Below, one piece after another: positions 19,652-29,944 of a stretch of DNA of 64,000 bases (position 1 is the stretch's first letter; each line of letters begins with the position of its first letter). The notes under the pieces were generated by a model. The model was not told where the DNA came from. It made no database searches and saw only the letters and a list, made by a program, of their open reading frames with translations. Source of the stretch: an uncultured Methanosarcinales archaeon (GTDB lineage Archaea; Nanobdellota; Nanobdellia; Woesearchaeales; UBA9642). The DNA lies in assembly GCA_964545585.1 (NCBI GenBank), contig CAZJFT010000001.1:6056-70055 (forward strand), written 5' to 3'. Position numbers and translations under genes: made by a program.

Positions 19652-20155
19652 ATGCAGATAAATAAGCTTGATCTTCTTAGGAAGGGATGGAGCACTAGGG
19701 AGATTGAACATGCTTCTTCAATTATTGAGGAGGCAGAGAACAAGAAACATATCGGTGCGAAATTCCTTGACAAGACCATATATTGGGCATTGTTGTTCCT
19801 CTTGATTGTCGGGAATGCTGTATGCTCAACATTCTTAATACCTTTCCTTTTCGCATTCCAAGGAACATTCATAATATTCATAGTGACGGTGTTCGGTTTC
19901 GCATTCGGAGTATTCTTCAGCATACTCATAGCAGACATAAGACGAACAGAGAAACAACCTTTGGGAGGATTGCTGTTCGCATTAATATTCAGCGGGATAA
20001 TCAATTTTGCATTGATAAGCAATGCATCTATAGAATTCAGCGCTAGAACAATGCTTCCACTAAGACATAATCCTTACTTGATCGCAGGCATATACTTGTT
20101 CGCATTCTTGACACCACACATAGTATTGATGATTGCACAATACCAAAAACAATAA
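19652..20155 (+). CDS. Hypothetical membrane protein (about 4 TM)
   Basis: GAGGTG RBS, L-x-x-KGWS-x-x-EI N-terminus, hydrophobic helices. Confidence 0.75.
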   Translation: MQINKLDLLRKGWSTREIEHASSIIEEAENKKHIGAKFLDKTIYWALLFLLIVGNAVCSTFLIPFLFAFQGTFIIFIVTVFGFAFGVFFSILIADIRRTEKQPLGGLLFALIFSGIINFALISNASIEFSARTMLPLRHNPYLIAGIYLFAFLTPHIVLMIAQYQKQ

Positions 20156-20179
20156 AAACTAGTTGTATGAGGCAAAAGC

Positions 20180-20659
20180 ATGAACGAATTGCTTGAATGG
20201 TCAGAGAATTATCTTAAGAATAGAGATTTGACACTTAGGAAGATAGTTTCATTGAAGGTTGATGAGAAGAATGATCTTATCGATGTGAAGTTCAAGGATA
20301 AGGCAGTCAAGCATCACATATATCCAATACTGGATGAAAAAGTGCTCAATGGAACAGGAAGCAGAGTCATTGTGTGCTTGAATTCTAAGGAAAATTTTGA
20401 TTTCTTGATAAAGAATTGGGGCAAGATATCCAAGATAAAGGATTTCAGCATGCTTTTTGTTAACCTTAAGCATAATGATAAATGGCTCATAAATCCTTAT
20501 GTTCACAGCATGATTGCTGACCCCGAAAGTCTCGAATCAGGCCTTAAGACGATGTTCGATGCTGCAAATGGAGACATAAAAGAGCCGAAAATGGAAAAGA
20601 AGAAGCCGAAGATATTCGATGATGATGTCGCTGATGAGGATGATTCTGAAGATAAGTAG
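20180..20659 (+). CDS. Hypothetical protein
   Basis: 159-aa ORF with RBS, WLINPYVH segment, acidic tail. Confidence 0.75.
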   Translation: MNELLEWSENYLKNRDLTLRKIVSLKVDEKNDLIDVKFKDKAVKHHIYPILDEKVLNGTGSRVIVCLNSKENFDFLIKNWGKISKIKDFSMLFVNLKHNDKWLINPYVHSMIADPESLESGLKTMFDAANGDIKEPKMEKKKPKIFDDDVADEDDSEDK

Positions 20660-20715
20660 CAAAGTAATTACTTTTAGGTAAAAACATTTATAAATTGTTC
20701 TTTATTACCTAGAAT

Positions 20716-21267
20716 ATGACAATGGAATCAACGACGTTTTATATAATGAATGACAAAATAGCAGGATTAGATAACTACATAAAAGACAATTCATTAGAAA
20801 GACATCTAAAACTGATTGACAGACAAGATATAGGAATCAAGTCAAAACAAAAAATCAAATCACTCCACAATCTCATGACTAGAAAAGAATTCACCGGATT
20901 AGTGAATTTCCTCAGAGACAACAAGGCAGAGATGCTTAATACTACGATGTATTTAAACACGGACGGAAACGTCAGAGCAATGCAATTACTAGACGAATTT
21001 TACAGGAAAGAGGGTTCAAAAGACATGGTTATGGATTCGACGCAATTTGATAAGATATTCGTGCATACGGACCTTGATGTAGAGATAACTAGTTTCATAA
21101 AGAATTTTGAGGGAAATATAACGCTGATGGAAAAGCTTCCAGGATTTGATTCTACGACATTCTACAGGGTTAATATAACAGGAATACGGGTCCCGAAAGG
21201 ATATGAGCATGCATGGAACTTCATACAAGATGTAGGTATGGGCGCTTATTTTAAGAAACCAAATTAA
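20716..21267 (+). CDS. Hypothetical protein
   Basis: 183-aa ORF after a TTTATAAA box. Confidence 0.65.
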   Translation: MTMESTTFYIMNDKIAGLDNYIKDNSLERHLKLIDRQDIGIKSKQKIKSLHNLMTRKEFTGLVNFLRDNKAEMLNTTMYLNTDGNVRAMQLLDEFYRKEGSKDMVMDSTQFDKIFVHTDLDVEITSFIKNFEGNITLMEKLPGFDSTTFYRVNITGIRVPKGYEHAWNFIQDVGMGAYFKKPN

Positions 21268-21297
21268 TAAAGAAAAGATAAAAAAATCCTATAAACT

Positions 21298-21567
21298 CTA
21301 TTCGTCGCTTCCTTCTGGAGCATTCGGTATTGCTGACCTGTTTATAATCATTATGTCACCGATGCTCTTCACAAGATTATGCGGGATAATGACTCCTTTT
21401 GCTGAGCCTAAGACCTTGTTCAAGAATGAATTCTTTGTGGCTCTTACTCTCCAGCCAGAGATCTTCGTATTCTGTATAATCGCTTCTTCAACGTCTCCAA
21501 AGTAGTCTCCTGTATCAGTAAAAACTCTCATATCATAAGCTTCAGATATTTTTTTCATTTTTAACAT
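21298..21567 (-). CDS. PRC-barrel domain protein (CdpB-like)
   Basis: VFTDTGDYFGDVEE...IIPHNLVKSIGDIMII pattern; AGGTGA RBS. Confidence 0.85.
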   Translation of the reverse strand: MLKMKKISEAYDMRVFTDTGDYFGDVEEAIIQNTKISGWRVRATKNSFLNKVLGSAKGVIIPHNLVKSIGDIMIINRSAIPNAPEGSDE

Positions 21568-21613
21568 ATCAATCACCTTCTATAAATAGTATAATAAACA
21601 ATAGGCCGCTAAT

Positions 21614-22246
21614 TTAAATAAGTTTCGATTTTCGAGTGGTGGAAACCAACTCTGGCTTGAACACGAACGCATCCTTATCATCGAAATAACCGCATCTGAA
21701 ATTCTCTAGAGGAACGCCTGTTCTTTTGCTTAACATCAATGCATAGAAATTAGTCTGTGTAGACGCATATTTCTCTTTCACCGCATTAGGCTTGTAATCC
21801 CAAATCCAGACCTTCCCATCCTCAATACGCAGCGCATCAATATGCCCTGTCAATGGATCGGAAGTCTCAAAGACATGAGTATATGAAGGGAATTCCTTGT
21901 CAAGAAGCCATATGGGGACTTCGATGCTTATAGTCTTATTATCATTCTGGAGCATGAACATCTGTACGTTGCTATGCGCAGTCTTGAACCTGTTGCTTTC
22001 TAAGCCTAATGCTGCAAGCCCAGAAACCTCATGACCTTTGATTTTCTTTATGTCCAAGTCGAGGTTCATGCGCAACCCTGATCCTCTAGGGCCTTTCTGG
22101 AAGTATTCATCAGGACAATTCTCACGTACATCAATCAAGTATCTCCTTAAAGAATCAAACTTATGGTTGCATAACTCTTCAGTCTTAGGAATATGAACCC
22201 TGTAATGATAGAACCATCCATGCTTAAAAGACTTATGAATTATCAT
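21614..22246 (-). CDS. PD-(D/E)XK nuclease family protein
   Basis: IEVPIW...TGHID...WDYKP...Q-x-x-x-YAL-x-L motifs. Confidence 0.8.
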   Translation of the reverse strand: MIIHKSFKHGWFYHYRVHIPKTEELCNHKFDSLRRYLIDVRENCPDEYFQKGPRGSGLRMNLDLDIKKIKGHEVSGLAALGLESNRFKTAHSNVQMFMLQNDNKTISIEVPIWLLDKEFPSYTHVFETSDPLTGHIDALRIEDGKVWIWDYKPNAVKEKYASTQTNFYALMLSKRTGVPLENFRCGYFDDKDAFVFKPELVSTTRKSKLI

Positions 22247-22343
22247 AAAAGGAAAAATCTGGAAATAGAATATAAATTTATTGATTTAACTACCTTTTAT
22301 GAATAATCATAAAAAGAATAAATTAAGAAAGAAAATATAAAGT

Positions 22344-22568
22344 TTATCTTCTCTTCTTCCTTGCCAGGATCTGTCTCTCCTGAGCCTCAATCTTTTTCTC
22401 TTCTGCAAGCACTTGAAGCTCTTGTTTTGCGATGACGCCAGTCATCTTCTCTATATTCTCATCCATCCTTGCGATTCTTCTCTCCAATAGAACAAGAACT
22501 CTCAAGCTGTACACTATTGCAGCCAATGTACCTATAATAACCGCCAGTATTACCGTATCTAAAGCCAT
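22344..22568 (-). CDS. Small single-TM coiled-coil protein
   Basis: N-terminal TM, heptad tail, GAGGTG RBS. Confidence 0.72.
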   Translation of the reverse strand: MALDTVILAVIIGTLAAIVYSLRVLVLLERRIARMDENIEKMTGVIAKQELQVLAEEKKIEAQERQILARKKRR

Positions 22569-22665
22569 TTTAGCACCTCTTTTAATAAAACGTCTTAATT
22601 TATTAACTAGCGTACAGGGTATTTAAATATTTTGCTATTTTCCAGCACTGTACATCAACCCAAAA

Positions 22666-23055
22666 CTATTTTCCAATAAGTGTATTGAAATCCAAACCCT
22701 TCCTTTTTGCGATGATTACATCCACGAAATAGCTCTTGTTCTTCAATTCAAGATCCTCTATATTCAAGAAAAACCAATCTATCCTGTCAAAACGAACGGC
22801 GACCCATGCTTCTGCACCAAATTTGTTAGCGAAATACACCAATTCATCAATCTCTTTCTTGGTGAAATACTTTTTTGTGTCATTGACTGCCTTGCACTCG
22901 ATAGCAAGCCTTCGCAGATTGTTCCCTGCAAGGATGTCGGGACTTGGGTTCTGCATGCTCCCGGAGCCCGCACTTCTTATAGCTACCCATCCACTATCGA
23001 AGAATTGATGTATCAAGTCTCTCTCAGCGTTCGAACCTTTTGCTTTCTTGTTCAT
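22666..23055 (-). CDS. hjc: Holliday junction resolvase Hjc
   Basis: KGSNAERDL, RSAGSG, PDILAG, IECK. Confidence 0.93.
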   Translation of the reverse strand: MNKKAKGSNAERDLIHQFFDSGWVAIRSAGSGSMQNPSPDILAGNNLRRLAIECKAVNDTKKYFTKKEIDELVYFANKFGAEAWVAVRFDRIDWFFLNIEDLELKNKSYFVDVIIAKRKGLDFNTLIGK

Positions 23056-23921
23056 TTTATTAGATAAGATATGTATGCCTTAAATGTTTTATCCTTCTCA
23101 TAATCATAATCTTTAAGCCTTACCCAGACGAGATAATGGTCGGAATATTCTGTTGTTTCTATTCCATAAGCGACATAATCTTTTTTTGCATCTTGATTGA
23201 GTATTATCCTGTCATATGCACAATCACTGTTTCCTACTGTTGTATCATCAGAATTCGTAATCACCCAATACCATCCGTTGAATTTGCCGAACGCAGTCTC
23301 ATAATCCTCATCATAATAATTGCAGTCTGCATTCAAGTCGCCCAAAACCACGATATTGCCAGGGTTTCTTTCATTTTTAATCAAATCTTCCAGGGCATAT
23401 ATCTCTTGAGTCGCATCATCTGGCTTCGTATGGATATTATACGCCACAATAGAATAATTCCTAGACAGTATCGTTACACGTATTGGAGGCCGCTCCCACC
23501 TGTCTAAAGCATCAGGAGAATAGTCATATAATGAAATATTGAACTTTTGCAAATATATCACTCCGTACTGCTCCTTAGATGAACTCCTGCCGGCCCTTGA
23601 TGATATTATACAGCGATATTCTGGGAGACGCGCACATAATTCTGTAAATGCACTCCCGTCCTTATCACGTATCTCCTGCAGGAACACAATATCATAATCG
23701 CTTATCTTTTCTGCATAATAATCAACGATCACTGTATCGTTCGCTTTCTTATCGCCGAATATCTGAAGGTTCCAATTAGCGACTGTAAAAGTCTCATTGA
23801 TCAAATATTCATCTTGAGATTTGATGAATGAATAATATGAATAAACAAAAACTGCGACAAGAACAATTATTATGATACACGCAATAAACATTATTATTGC
23901 ATTTTTCCTCTTCATAATCAT
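23052..23921 (-). CDS. Membrane-anchored DNase I-like nuclease (EEP family)
   Basis: N-terminal TM, WNLQIFG, LQEIRD, HTKP, LGDLNADC, CAYDRI, SDHY. Confidence 0.9.
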   Translation of the reverse strand: MIMKRKNAIIMFIACIIIIVLVAVFVYSYYSFIKSQDEYLINETFTVANWNLQIFGDKKANDTVIVDYYAEKISDYDIVFLQEIRDKDGSAFTELCARLPEYRCIISSRAGRSSSKEQYGVIYLQKFNISLYDYSPDALDRWERPPIRVTILSRNYSIVAYNIHTKPDDATQEIYALEDLIKNERNPGNIVVLGDLNADCNYYDEDYETAFGKFNGWYWVITNSDDTTVGNSDCAYDRIILNQDAKKDYVAYGIETTEYSDHYLVWVRLKDYDYEKDKTFKAYISYLIK

Positions 23922-24009
23922 ATGTAGTATTGTGCTATTTAAAATATTTTACAAAAAATAGCCGGAAGAAAAACGAAAATCGAATAATTATATAAAAAAT
24001 AGAAAAATA

Positions 24010-24297
24010 TTATATTATGTCCTCTTCTGCAAGGACGACGAAGTCTCCTACAGCCATCACTGCTGAGAATGGCACAAGTATCGAGCCATCTTTTGTCTTC
24101 TCAAGCTCTAGCTTCTCTATGTATGACGTAGGGTTCACTAACACTACATGTATAAGTTCACCTGACTTTGTCTCAAATATAATATCTCCAACCTCACCGA
24201 ATCTCTTTCCTGATTTCGAGATAACCGTCTTTCCTATCAATTGTCTTGAAAATTTCTTCTCTTCCATACTTTTTGGATCAGCTTTCATTTCTGGCAT
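24010..24297 (-). CDS. PRC-barrel domain protein (CdpB-like)
   Basis: LIGKTVISKSGKRFGEVGDI...VPFSAVMAVGDFVV. Confidence 0.87.
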   Translation of the reverse strand: MPEMKADPKSMEEKKFSRQLIGKTVISKSGKRFGEVGDIIFETKSGELIHVVLVNPTSYIEKLELEKTKDGSILVPFSAVMAVGDFVVLAEEDII

Positions 24298-24419
24298 TAC
24301 AATCACCCTTAAACGCGATGTACTTTAAAGTACTTGTTTTGATGATAAAAATAAATGGCCGCTATATATAAAGTTTTCTATTCTAGAATAGTGTAATTTA
24401 AGCAGGAGCAAGCATAAAT

Positions 24420-25280
24420 TTATGTTTTTTTACCATCAATCAGGCGCTTCATTTCTGCCTCATCATAGCATATTTCCTTGAAAGAGCATTTTACGCATTT
24501 GTTCTTGTTATCAGTAAAATCTGGGGGCATCTTAGAATCTAGGACGCTCTGCGCCCCAGAAACCACGCCGAGAACTTCCTCTTTGAGCATCGTATTCATC
24601 ATAAGAATCCGTTTCTCATCAGAACCTCTATAACGCAAGACTCCTTCTGAGACGTTCTTTCCCTGGTCTTCAAGCATTAGAAGATACGCGCCAAGCTGTA
24701 TCCTATGGGTATCCCACATGCCTTTCTGCGGAAATTTGCCAGTCTTCAATTCTACAGGAATATACAATTTTTCAGATTCTTCCGCAGGAATATCATGCAC
24801 TTCCAACACATCTATTATTCCTGAAATATTCAATTTTTCAGACTTAAAATACTGCTCAGAGATTATTTTAGGAGTGAGTCTCTCCCATAATTCCTCGCCG
24901 AAAATCTTATGTTCCTTTACAAATTCCGAAACATTCAATGCCCTTACCTTTGCCTCTTCCTCAAAATCAGACCAGTACTCATTGAATAGGTCGAGCATCT
25001 TGATGTCGAATTGCTTCAGTTCAGACTTGTTCATTATTATCGCATTGCGCAAAAATTTAGAGAATCCTCTCCTATAAATATCGAAAATATCCTCATACCT
25101 GTCAGAATTTATTGACTTGACAAGATCCTTCTCATTCTTGTTGATGAATTCATGAGTTATGTGCCAGACTTTTCCCTTAACTAAAGCCTCCTTCGGCGGC
25201 TCCTTCACCTCTAGAACGGAGCTTATGAAAAGCTTCCTAGGACAATAAATATATGCAGAAAGCTGAGTTGCATTGACCAT
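24420..25280 (-). CDS. cas4: Solo Cas4-like exonuclease
   Basis: YIYCPRK, GIID, PVELKTG, QLGAY, C-terminal CVKC-x5-C Fe-S ligands; no CRISPR array or other cas genes in window. Confidence 0.82.
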   Translation of the reverse strand: MVNATQLSAYIYCPRKLFISSVLEVKEPPKEALVKGKVWHITHEFINKNEKDLVKSINSDRYEDIFDIYRRGFSKFLRNAIIMNKSELKQFDIKMLDLFNEYWSDFEEEAKVRALNVSEFVKEHKIFGEELWERLTPKIISEQYFKSEKLNISGIIDVLEVHDIPAEESEKLYIPVELKTGKFPQKGMWDTHRIQLGAYLLMLEDQGKNVSEGVLRYRGSDEKRILMMNTMLKEEVLGVVSGAQSVLDSKMPPDFTDNKNKCVKCSFKEICYDEAEMKRLIDGKKT

Positions 25281-25325
25281 TATAAAGAGATGATCACATT
25301 ATTTAAATAATTTTGGGGAGAATGA

Positions 25326-25853
25326 CTAGTGAAATAATTTTACAGAACCAAACTCTAGAAAATTAGGGGTCTCATTAATATATAGCATATCAAAAGACTT
25401 CTTCATCATCATGAATCCTCTTCCGTTTCCAGTAAATTTAAGAGGATTATTTTCCGTCAGAGCCGCAGATATTGCCTCGTAATTAACTGGGGCAGATTTT
25501 GTGATAAGGTATGTATGCATGAAAGAAGGCGAGATGTTGATGCCGAGCAAAAAAATGTCATTTTTATCAACCTCTTTCTTAAAATTATAAACATGCTTCA
25601 CACCATTCTCCACAAGCTCATTCGTACCCATCACAATTAATTGAGAAACCCTATCATCAATAGAGTGATAAGACAATATCTTTGTCATTATAGAATCGAC
25701 GAACTCCGAATCTGCATTCTGCGGTGTTCTAAAGAACTTGTATGAGGAGAATTTAGGGATTAATACGTGATTCTCCGCATGATATTTGCTGAAATGGTCA
25801 TTATTCCATATTATTTTCGCAGCATATCTGCTTGCATCCGGCACGACATCCAT
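25326..25853 (-). CDS. HATPase_c (RsbW/anti-sigma-kinase-like) domain protein
   Basis: NELVENGVKH (N box) and GNGRGFMMMKKSFD (G2 box). Confidence 0.6.
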   Translation of the reverse strand: MDVVPDASRYAAKIIWNNDHFSKYHAENHVLIPKFSSYKFFRTPQNADSEFVDSIMTKILSYHSIDDRVSQLIVMGTNELVENGVKHVYNFKKEVDKNDIFLLGINISPSFMHTYLITKSAPVNYEAISAALTENNPLKFTGNGRGFMMMKKSFDMLYINETPNFLEFGSVKLFH

Positions 25854-25936
25854 ACCAATATTATAATTCCCAAGTATTTAAACCTTGCCATGCACGCACG
25901 AATTTATGAAAACATATATAAATCACAGGGTCATAA

Positions 25937-27898
25937 ATGGTGTTGAGGTGGGCAATGAGTACGATGGAAACGAGTCTAGTTGAAAAGTCAACATTTCTCT
26001 GGACTTATCCGAAAAAAGAAGTCATAAAGAAGGTTTCTGGAGATAAGATATCCTTTCGATGCAAATTAGCTGAGGACTTGGAGCATGACCGTTTGATAGT
26101 CGAAGTATGGACTGATCTGACAGGAAGATATCATGGACACGAGATGCATCTTAAAGATGACATATATCACTGCGATATGAATTGCCACAATACAGGATTC
26201 TTCAAAGCCACATTCAGGTGGAGACATAATGAGCATGAATACTGGCATTGGATGCATGGCCCTGATGAGAAAAATTTCTCAGAGATACATGTAGACCCGG
26301 CATATATAGATGAAAGCATAGTATATAATGCATTCATAAGATTCTTCGGACAGAAAGAGATAGGCAAGAGCGGAAAGCCGAAATTCGGACATTCAGGAAC
26401 ATTCGACGACCTGAAATATCGTCTGGACAACCTGAAGAATATGGGTGTAAAGATACTCTACCTAAACCCGATACATCCCATAGGAGAACTATACAGGAAC
26501 TATAATCCTCACGACCAATTCCCTTCATACATGCAACCAGGATGTCCATACAGCATAAGGGATTACAAGGCGATAGATCCAGAATCGGCAATAGATAGAG
26601 ACCACTCACAAGGACCGCACGCATCATTGTCAGACCCTATGAAAGAATTCAGGGAGTTAGTCAAGGAAGCACACAAAAGGGGAATAAAAGTATATATGGA
26701 TTTAGTATTCAATCACACAAGCCATGATTTCGTATTGCAAAGGCTACATCCAGAATGGTTCCTATACAAGGAAGACATAAAAAGCATCGAAGCACCATAT
26801 CTTTATCCTGAAGATGCGAAGAAAGGCAAGCCATGGGGCGATGCTAGATTCACGATGTGCCCATTCGACCATGGATACTGGTGGGAAGATGCTGCACAGT
26901 TGAACTGGAACTATAGAATTCCTGATGGAGAGAATGTCGCGCCTAAGAACCCGACGATAAGAGAGATGTACACATATTTCAAGTCCATCCCTAAATATTG
27001 GATAAAGATGATGGGAATAGATGGATTCAGATGTGACGTAGCATATCGCGTGCCTCCAGATTTCTGGAAGGAATGCATACATGAAGCGAGAGAATTCGCA
27101 AAAAGAGAGCATCCGAAGAATGGCTCAATAACCGGAGACGTCGTCTTCATAGCAGAATCATATGTCGATGACATACCGGAGCTGCTAGAGTCAGGATTCA
27201 CTGCCGTATACGGAGATTTCTCTAACAAGCTATACAATGTAGAGACTCTTAAAGGATATCTCGACTATATCTATAACATCTCAGGCAAATATTTCCCGGA
27301 GAATTCAAGATTCTTCATATTTCCAGAATGCCATGATTTCATAAGGAATACAAAAAAATTATTGGGTCAATTGAGCGAGAACCAGATATTGTCTGAAAGG
27401 GCGAACAAGAGCAGATGGGCAATAACGGCGACAGTCCCTGGAATACCGATGATATTCAATGGTTTTGAGAAACTGGAATGGCAGCCAGTAAACCTTTTCT
27501 CATACAGCAGCATTGACTGGGAATCAGACAAGGACTTGAAAAAATACATAGTCAAGATAAACAGCATAAGGAACCGTCATAAGGCATTGCAGAAAGGCAG
27601 ATATATTTATTTAAAGACGAGCCAGGGAATAAACAGTGCTGCACAACTATTCACTTTCTTAAGAATATATGAAGAGCAAGGAAAAAAGAAAGAGATAATC
27701 CTCGTATGCGTGAACATGGACATCCATAGCAAAGCAGATCTTGTGCAAGTATATCTTGATGATGGTTCAGGTATCGATTTCTCAAAGAAATATGTCCTCA
27801 AAGATTTATTGACCAACAAGAGATATGTCCGTGAAGGGAAAGAGGTCTCTATAATCCTCGAACCTGGAGAAAGCCACATATTCCAGGTGATGCAATGA
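25937..27898 (+). CDS. GH13 alpha-amylase family enzyme (GlgE/maltosyltransferase-like)
   Basis: LYLNPIHPIG, PYSI, DLVFNH, GFRCDVA nucleophile, FIAE acid/base, CHD. Confidence 0.88.
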   Translation: MVLRWAMSTMETSLVEKSTFLWTYPKKEVIKKVSGDKISFRCKLAEDLEHDRLIVEVWTDLTGRYHGHEMHLKDDIYHCDMNCHNTGFFKATFRWRHNEHEYWHWMHGPDEKNFSEIHVDPAYIDESIVYNAFIRFFGQKEIGKSGKPKFGHSGTFDDLKYRLDNLKNMGVKILYLNPIHPIGELYRNYNPHDQFPSYMQPGCPYSIRDYKAIDPESAIDRDHSQGPHASLSDPMKEFRELVKEAHKRGIKVYMDLVFNHTSHDFVLQRLHPEWFLYKEDIKSIEAPYLYPEDAKKGKPWGDARFTMCPFDHGYWWEDAAQLNWNYRIPDGENVAPKNPTIREMYTYFKSIPKYWIKMMGIDGFRCDVAYRVPPDFWKECIHEAREFAKREHPKNGSITGDVVFIAESYVDDIPELLESGFTAVYGDFSNKLYNVETLKGYLDYIYNISGKYFPENSRFFIFPECHDFIRNTKKLLGQLSENQILSERANKSRWAITATVPGIPMIFNGFEKLEWQPVNLFSYSSIDWESDKDLKKYIVKINSIRNRHKALQKGRYIYLKTSQGINSAAQLFTFLRIYEEQGKKKEIILVCVNMDIHSKADLVQVYLDDGSGIDFSKKYVLKDLLTNKRYVREGKEVSIILEPGESHIFQVMQ

Positions 27899-29205
27899 GG
27901 GACCGGAAGAAAAAAGACCAAAAAAATAAAGCATGGATAGTCTCTGTCGACATGGGTTATGGCCATCAGAGAGCAGCATATCCGTTGAGGGATATCGCAT
28001 TTGAGAGAGTAATCACCGCAAACAGTGATAAGATGGTCTCTTTAAAGGACCATAGATTATGGGAGCAGTCAAGAGAATTCTATGAATTCGTATCTAGGTT
28101 GAAGAATATTCCTTTTATAGGAAAGATGACATTCGGCATATATGACAGGTTCCAGAAGATAAGCCCGTTCTTTCCCTTTAAGGACTTGAGCAAGCCAAAC
28201 TTCAGCGTCTTGAGATTGAAAGCGTTAATAAAGAGGGGATTATGCAAAAGCATAGTGGAGTATACCTCCAAAGAGGACATGCCGATAATTTGTACATTCT
28301 TCATCCCTGCAATGGCATTCAACTATGCAAAAAAGAAAACATACTGCATAATAACTGATACTGACATAAATAGGATATGGGTGTCAGATAATCCGAAGGA
28401 ATCGACGATAACATATTTCAGTCCGTGCAGACACGTCACACAAAGGCTTCTGCAGTACGGAATAACGCCTGAGAAGATAGTCGAGACAGGATTCCCTTTG
28501 CCAAAAGAGAATATCGGAAAAAACAAAGAGATAGCAAGAAAGGACTTGCTTTCAAGACTTGTTAATCTCGATCCTAACAAGATATTCTTCCAGAAATATG
28601 CGCCGTTGGTGAGAGAACATCTGGATAAGAATTTCGACATTAAAAAGATAAAAAAATACGGAACGCATCCACTGACATTGATGTTCACTATAGGCGGGGC
28701 GGGTGCACAATCAGACATAGCTGACAAGATATTCGATTCATTGAAGAGCAAGATGAAAAATAAGGAGATTAAACTGATAATATCTGTCGGGACAAAGCTT
28801 GACCTGAAGATGCATTTCGAGAAGAGAGCAAAGCATCTAGGTCTAGACGGGATGTTTGAGATAGTTTTTGCCATGGATAAGAGGACATATTTCGAGAACT
28901 TCAATAAAGCGTTGAGAACGACTGATATATTATGGACTAAACCTAGTGAGATGTCATTCTATACTGCATTAGGCCTTCCGATAATCATAGCTCCACCGAT
29001 AGGCGCACACGAGATAAGCAACAAGGAATGGCTAGAGCATATAGGGTCAGGATTCATACAAAAAGAACCAGAATACGTGAATGAATGGTTATTCTATTGG
29101 TTGGAAGACGGAAGGCTTGCCGACGCTGCAATGCAAGGATTCATAGATGCACCTGTAATGGGGACATATAATATCGAAGAGTATATATTCAAGGAAAAGA
29201 TTTAA
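27895..29205 (+). CDS. GT-B glycosyltransferase (MGDG synthase/UgtP-like)
   Basis: DMGYGHQRAA, TGFP, IGGAGAQ, TKPSE...LGLPII; overlaps GH13 stop (ATGA). Confidence 0.75.
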   Translation: MRDRKKKDQKNKAWIVSVDMGYGHQRAAYPLRDIAFERVITANSDKMVSLKDHRLWEQSREFYEFVSRLKNIPFIGKMTFGIYDRFQKISPFFPFKDLSKPNFSVLRLKALIKRGLCKSIVEYTSKEDMPIICTFFIPAMAFNYAKKKTYCIITDTDINRIWVSDNPKESTITYFSPCRHVTQRLLQYGITPEKIVETGFPLPKENIGKNKEIARKDLLSRLVNLDPNKIFFQKYAPLVREHLDKNFDIKKIKKYGTHPLTLMFTIGGAGAQSDIADKIFDSLKSKMKNKEIKLIISVGTKLDLKMHFEKRAKHLGLDGMFEIVFAMDKRTYFENFNKALRTTDILWTKPSEMSFYTALGLPIIIAPPIGAHEISNKEWLEHIGSGFIQKEPEYVNEWLFYWLEDGRLADAAMQGFIDAPVMGTYNIEEYIFKEKI

Positions 29206-29229
29206 ATATAAAACAATAAGAAGAAGAAT

Positions 29230-29940
29230 ATGGCAAAGAAAAGAAACATCAGGAATAAAAAACCTAAAACAGCAAGAAAGCCATTCATGAAGCAAGATAT
29301 AAATTCTAAGCTAGATCAGATAATTGTTTTGCAGAAAAAATTATTGAAAGAAGATCATAAGATAGAGAAAGAAGAATTGATGTTGGAAGAGGAAGAGAAA
29401 AAGACAGAAAAAGAAGAGATTAAAGAGACCAAAGAGCTCAAGAAGATAGAGAAAGGATTAGAATCGAGAGAAAAGAAAGAAGAAGAGGAGCTGTTGAAAC
29501 TGAAAAGCCTGGAAGAAGAGATAAAGAGAGAGGTCGGCACTCACCCATTAAGAAAAGTAGGTTTCAAGGACATAGTCAAAGGATTCGTGGGAGCATTCAT
29601 AGGATTAGTCGTACATTACACATTCTTCTATGGGATAAAGATAGCTGAAAACCTGGACTTCACGAGGTCGACACTTCTTTTCGTGCTTTCGTTTTTCGTC
29701 GGCATAATGTTCATATACACTACGGGTTTCAGGAAGATAAAAGATCCTAAAGTATTGATGTTCATACCTGTAAGGTTAATCATACTATATGTCATATCAG
29801 TAATCATGTCAGTATTAGTATTGTATCTATTTTACCCGAAATTCGGACACGACTTCATGGAGAGCTACAAGATGGTATCAGTAGTCCTTCTCGCGGCCAT
29901 AGTCGGAGCATGCACTGCAGATCTTATAGGTAAGGAGTGA
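29230..29940 (+). CDS. Membrane protein with charged coiled-coil N-terminus (DUF2391-like)
   Basis: E/K-rich N-half, about 4 TM, IPVRL and GACTADLI motifs. Confidence 0.65.
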   Translation: MAKKRNIRNKKPKTARKPFMKQDINSKLDQIIVLQKKLLKEDHKIEKEELMLEEEEKKTEKEEIKETKELKKIEKGLESREKKEEEELLKLKSLEEEIKREVGTHPLRKVGFKDIVKGFVGAFIGLVVHYTFFYGIKIAENLDFTRSTLLFVLSFFVGIMFIYTTGFRKIKDPKVLMFIPVRLIILYVISVIMSVLVLYLFYPKFGHDFMESYKMVSVVLLAAIVGACTADLIGKE

Positions 29941-29944
29941 AAAA

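Noticed and set aside
21614..22246. Insertion sequence
   Set aside because: No DDE motif, terminal inverted repeats or target duplication seen around this nuclease gene
24420..25280. CRISPR-Cas locus
   Set aside because: Only a solo Cas4-like gene; no regularly spaced repeats or other cas genes seen in the window
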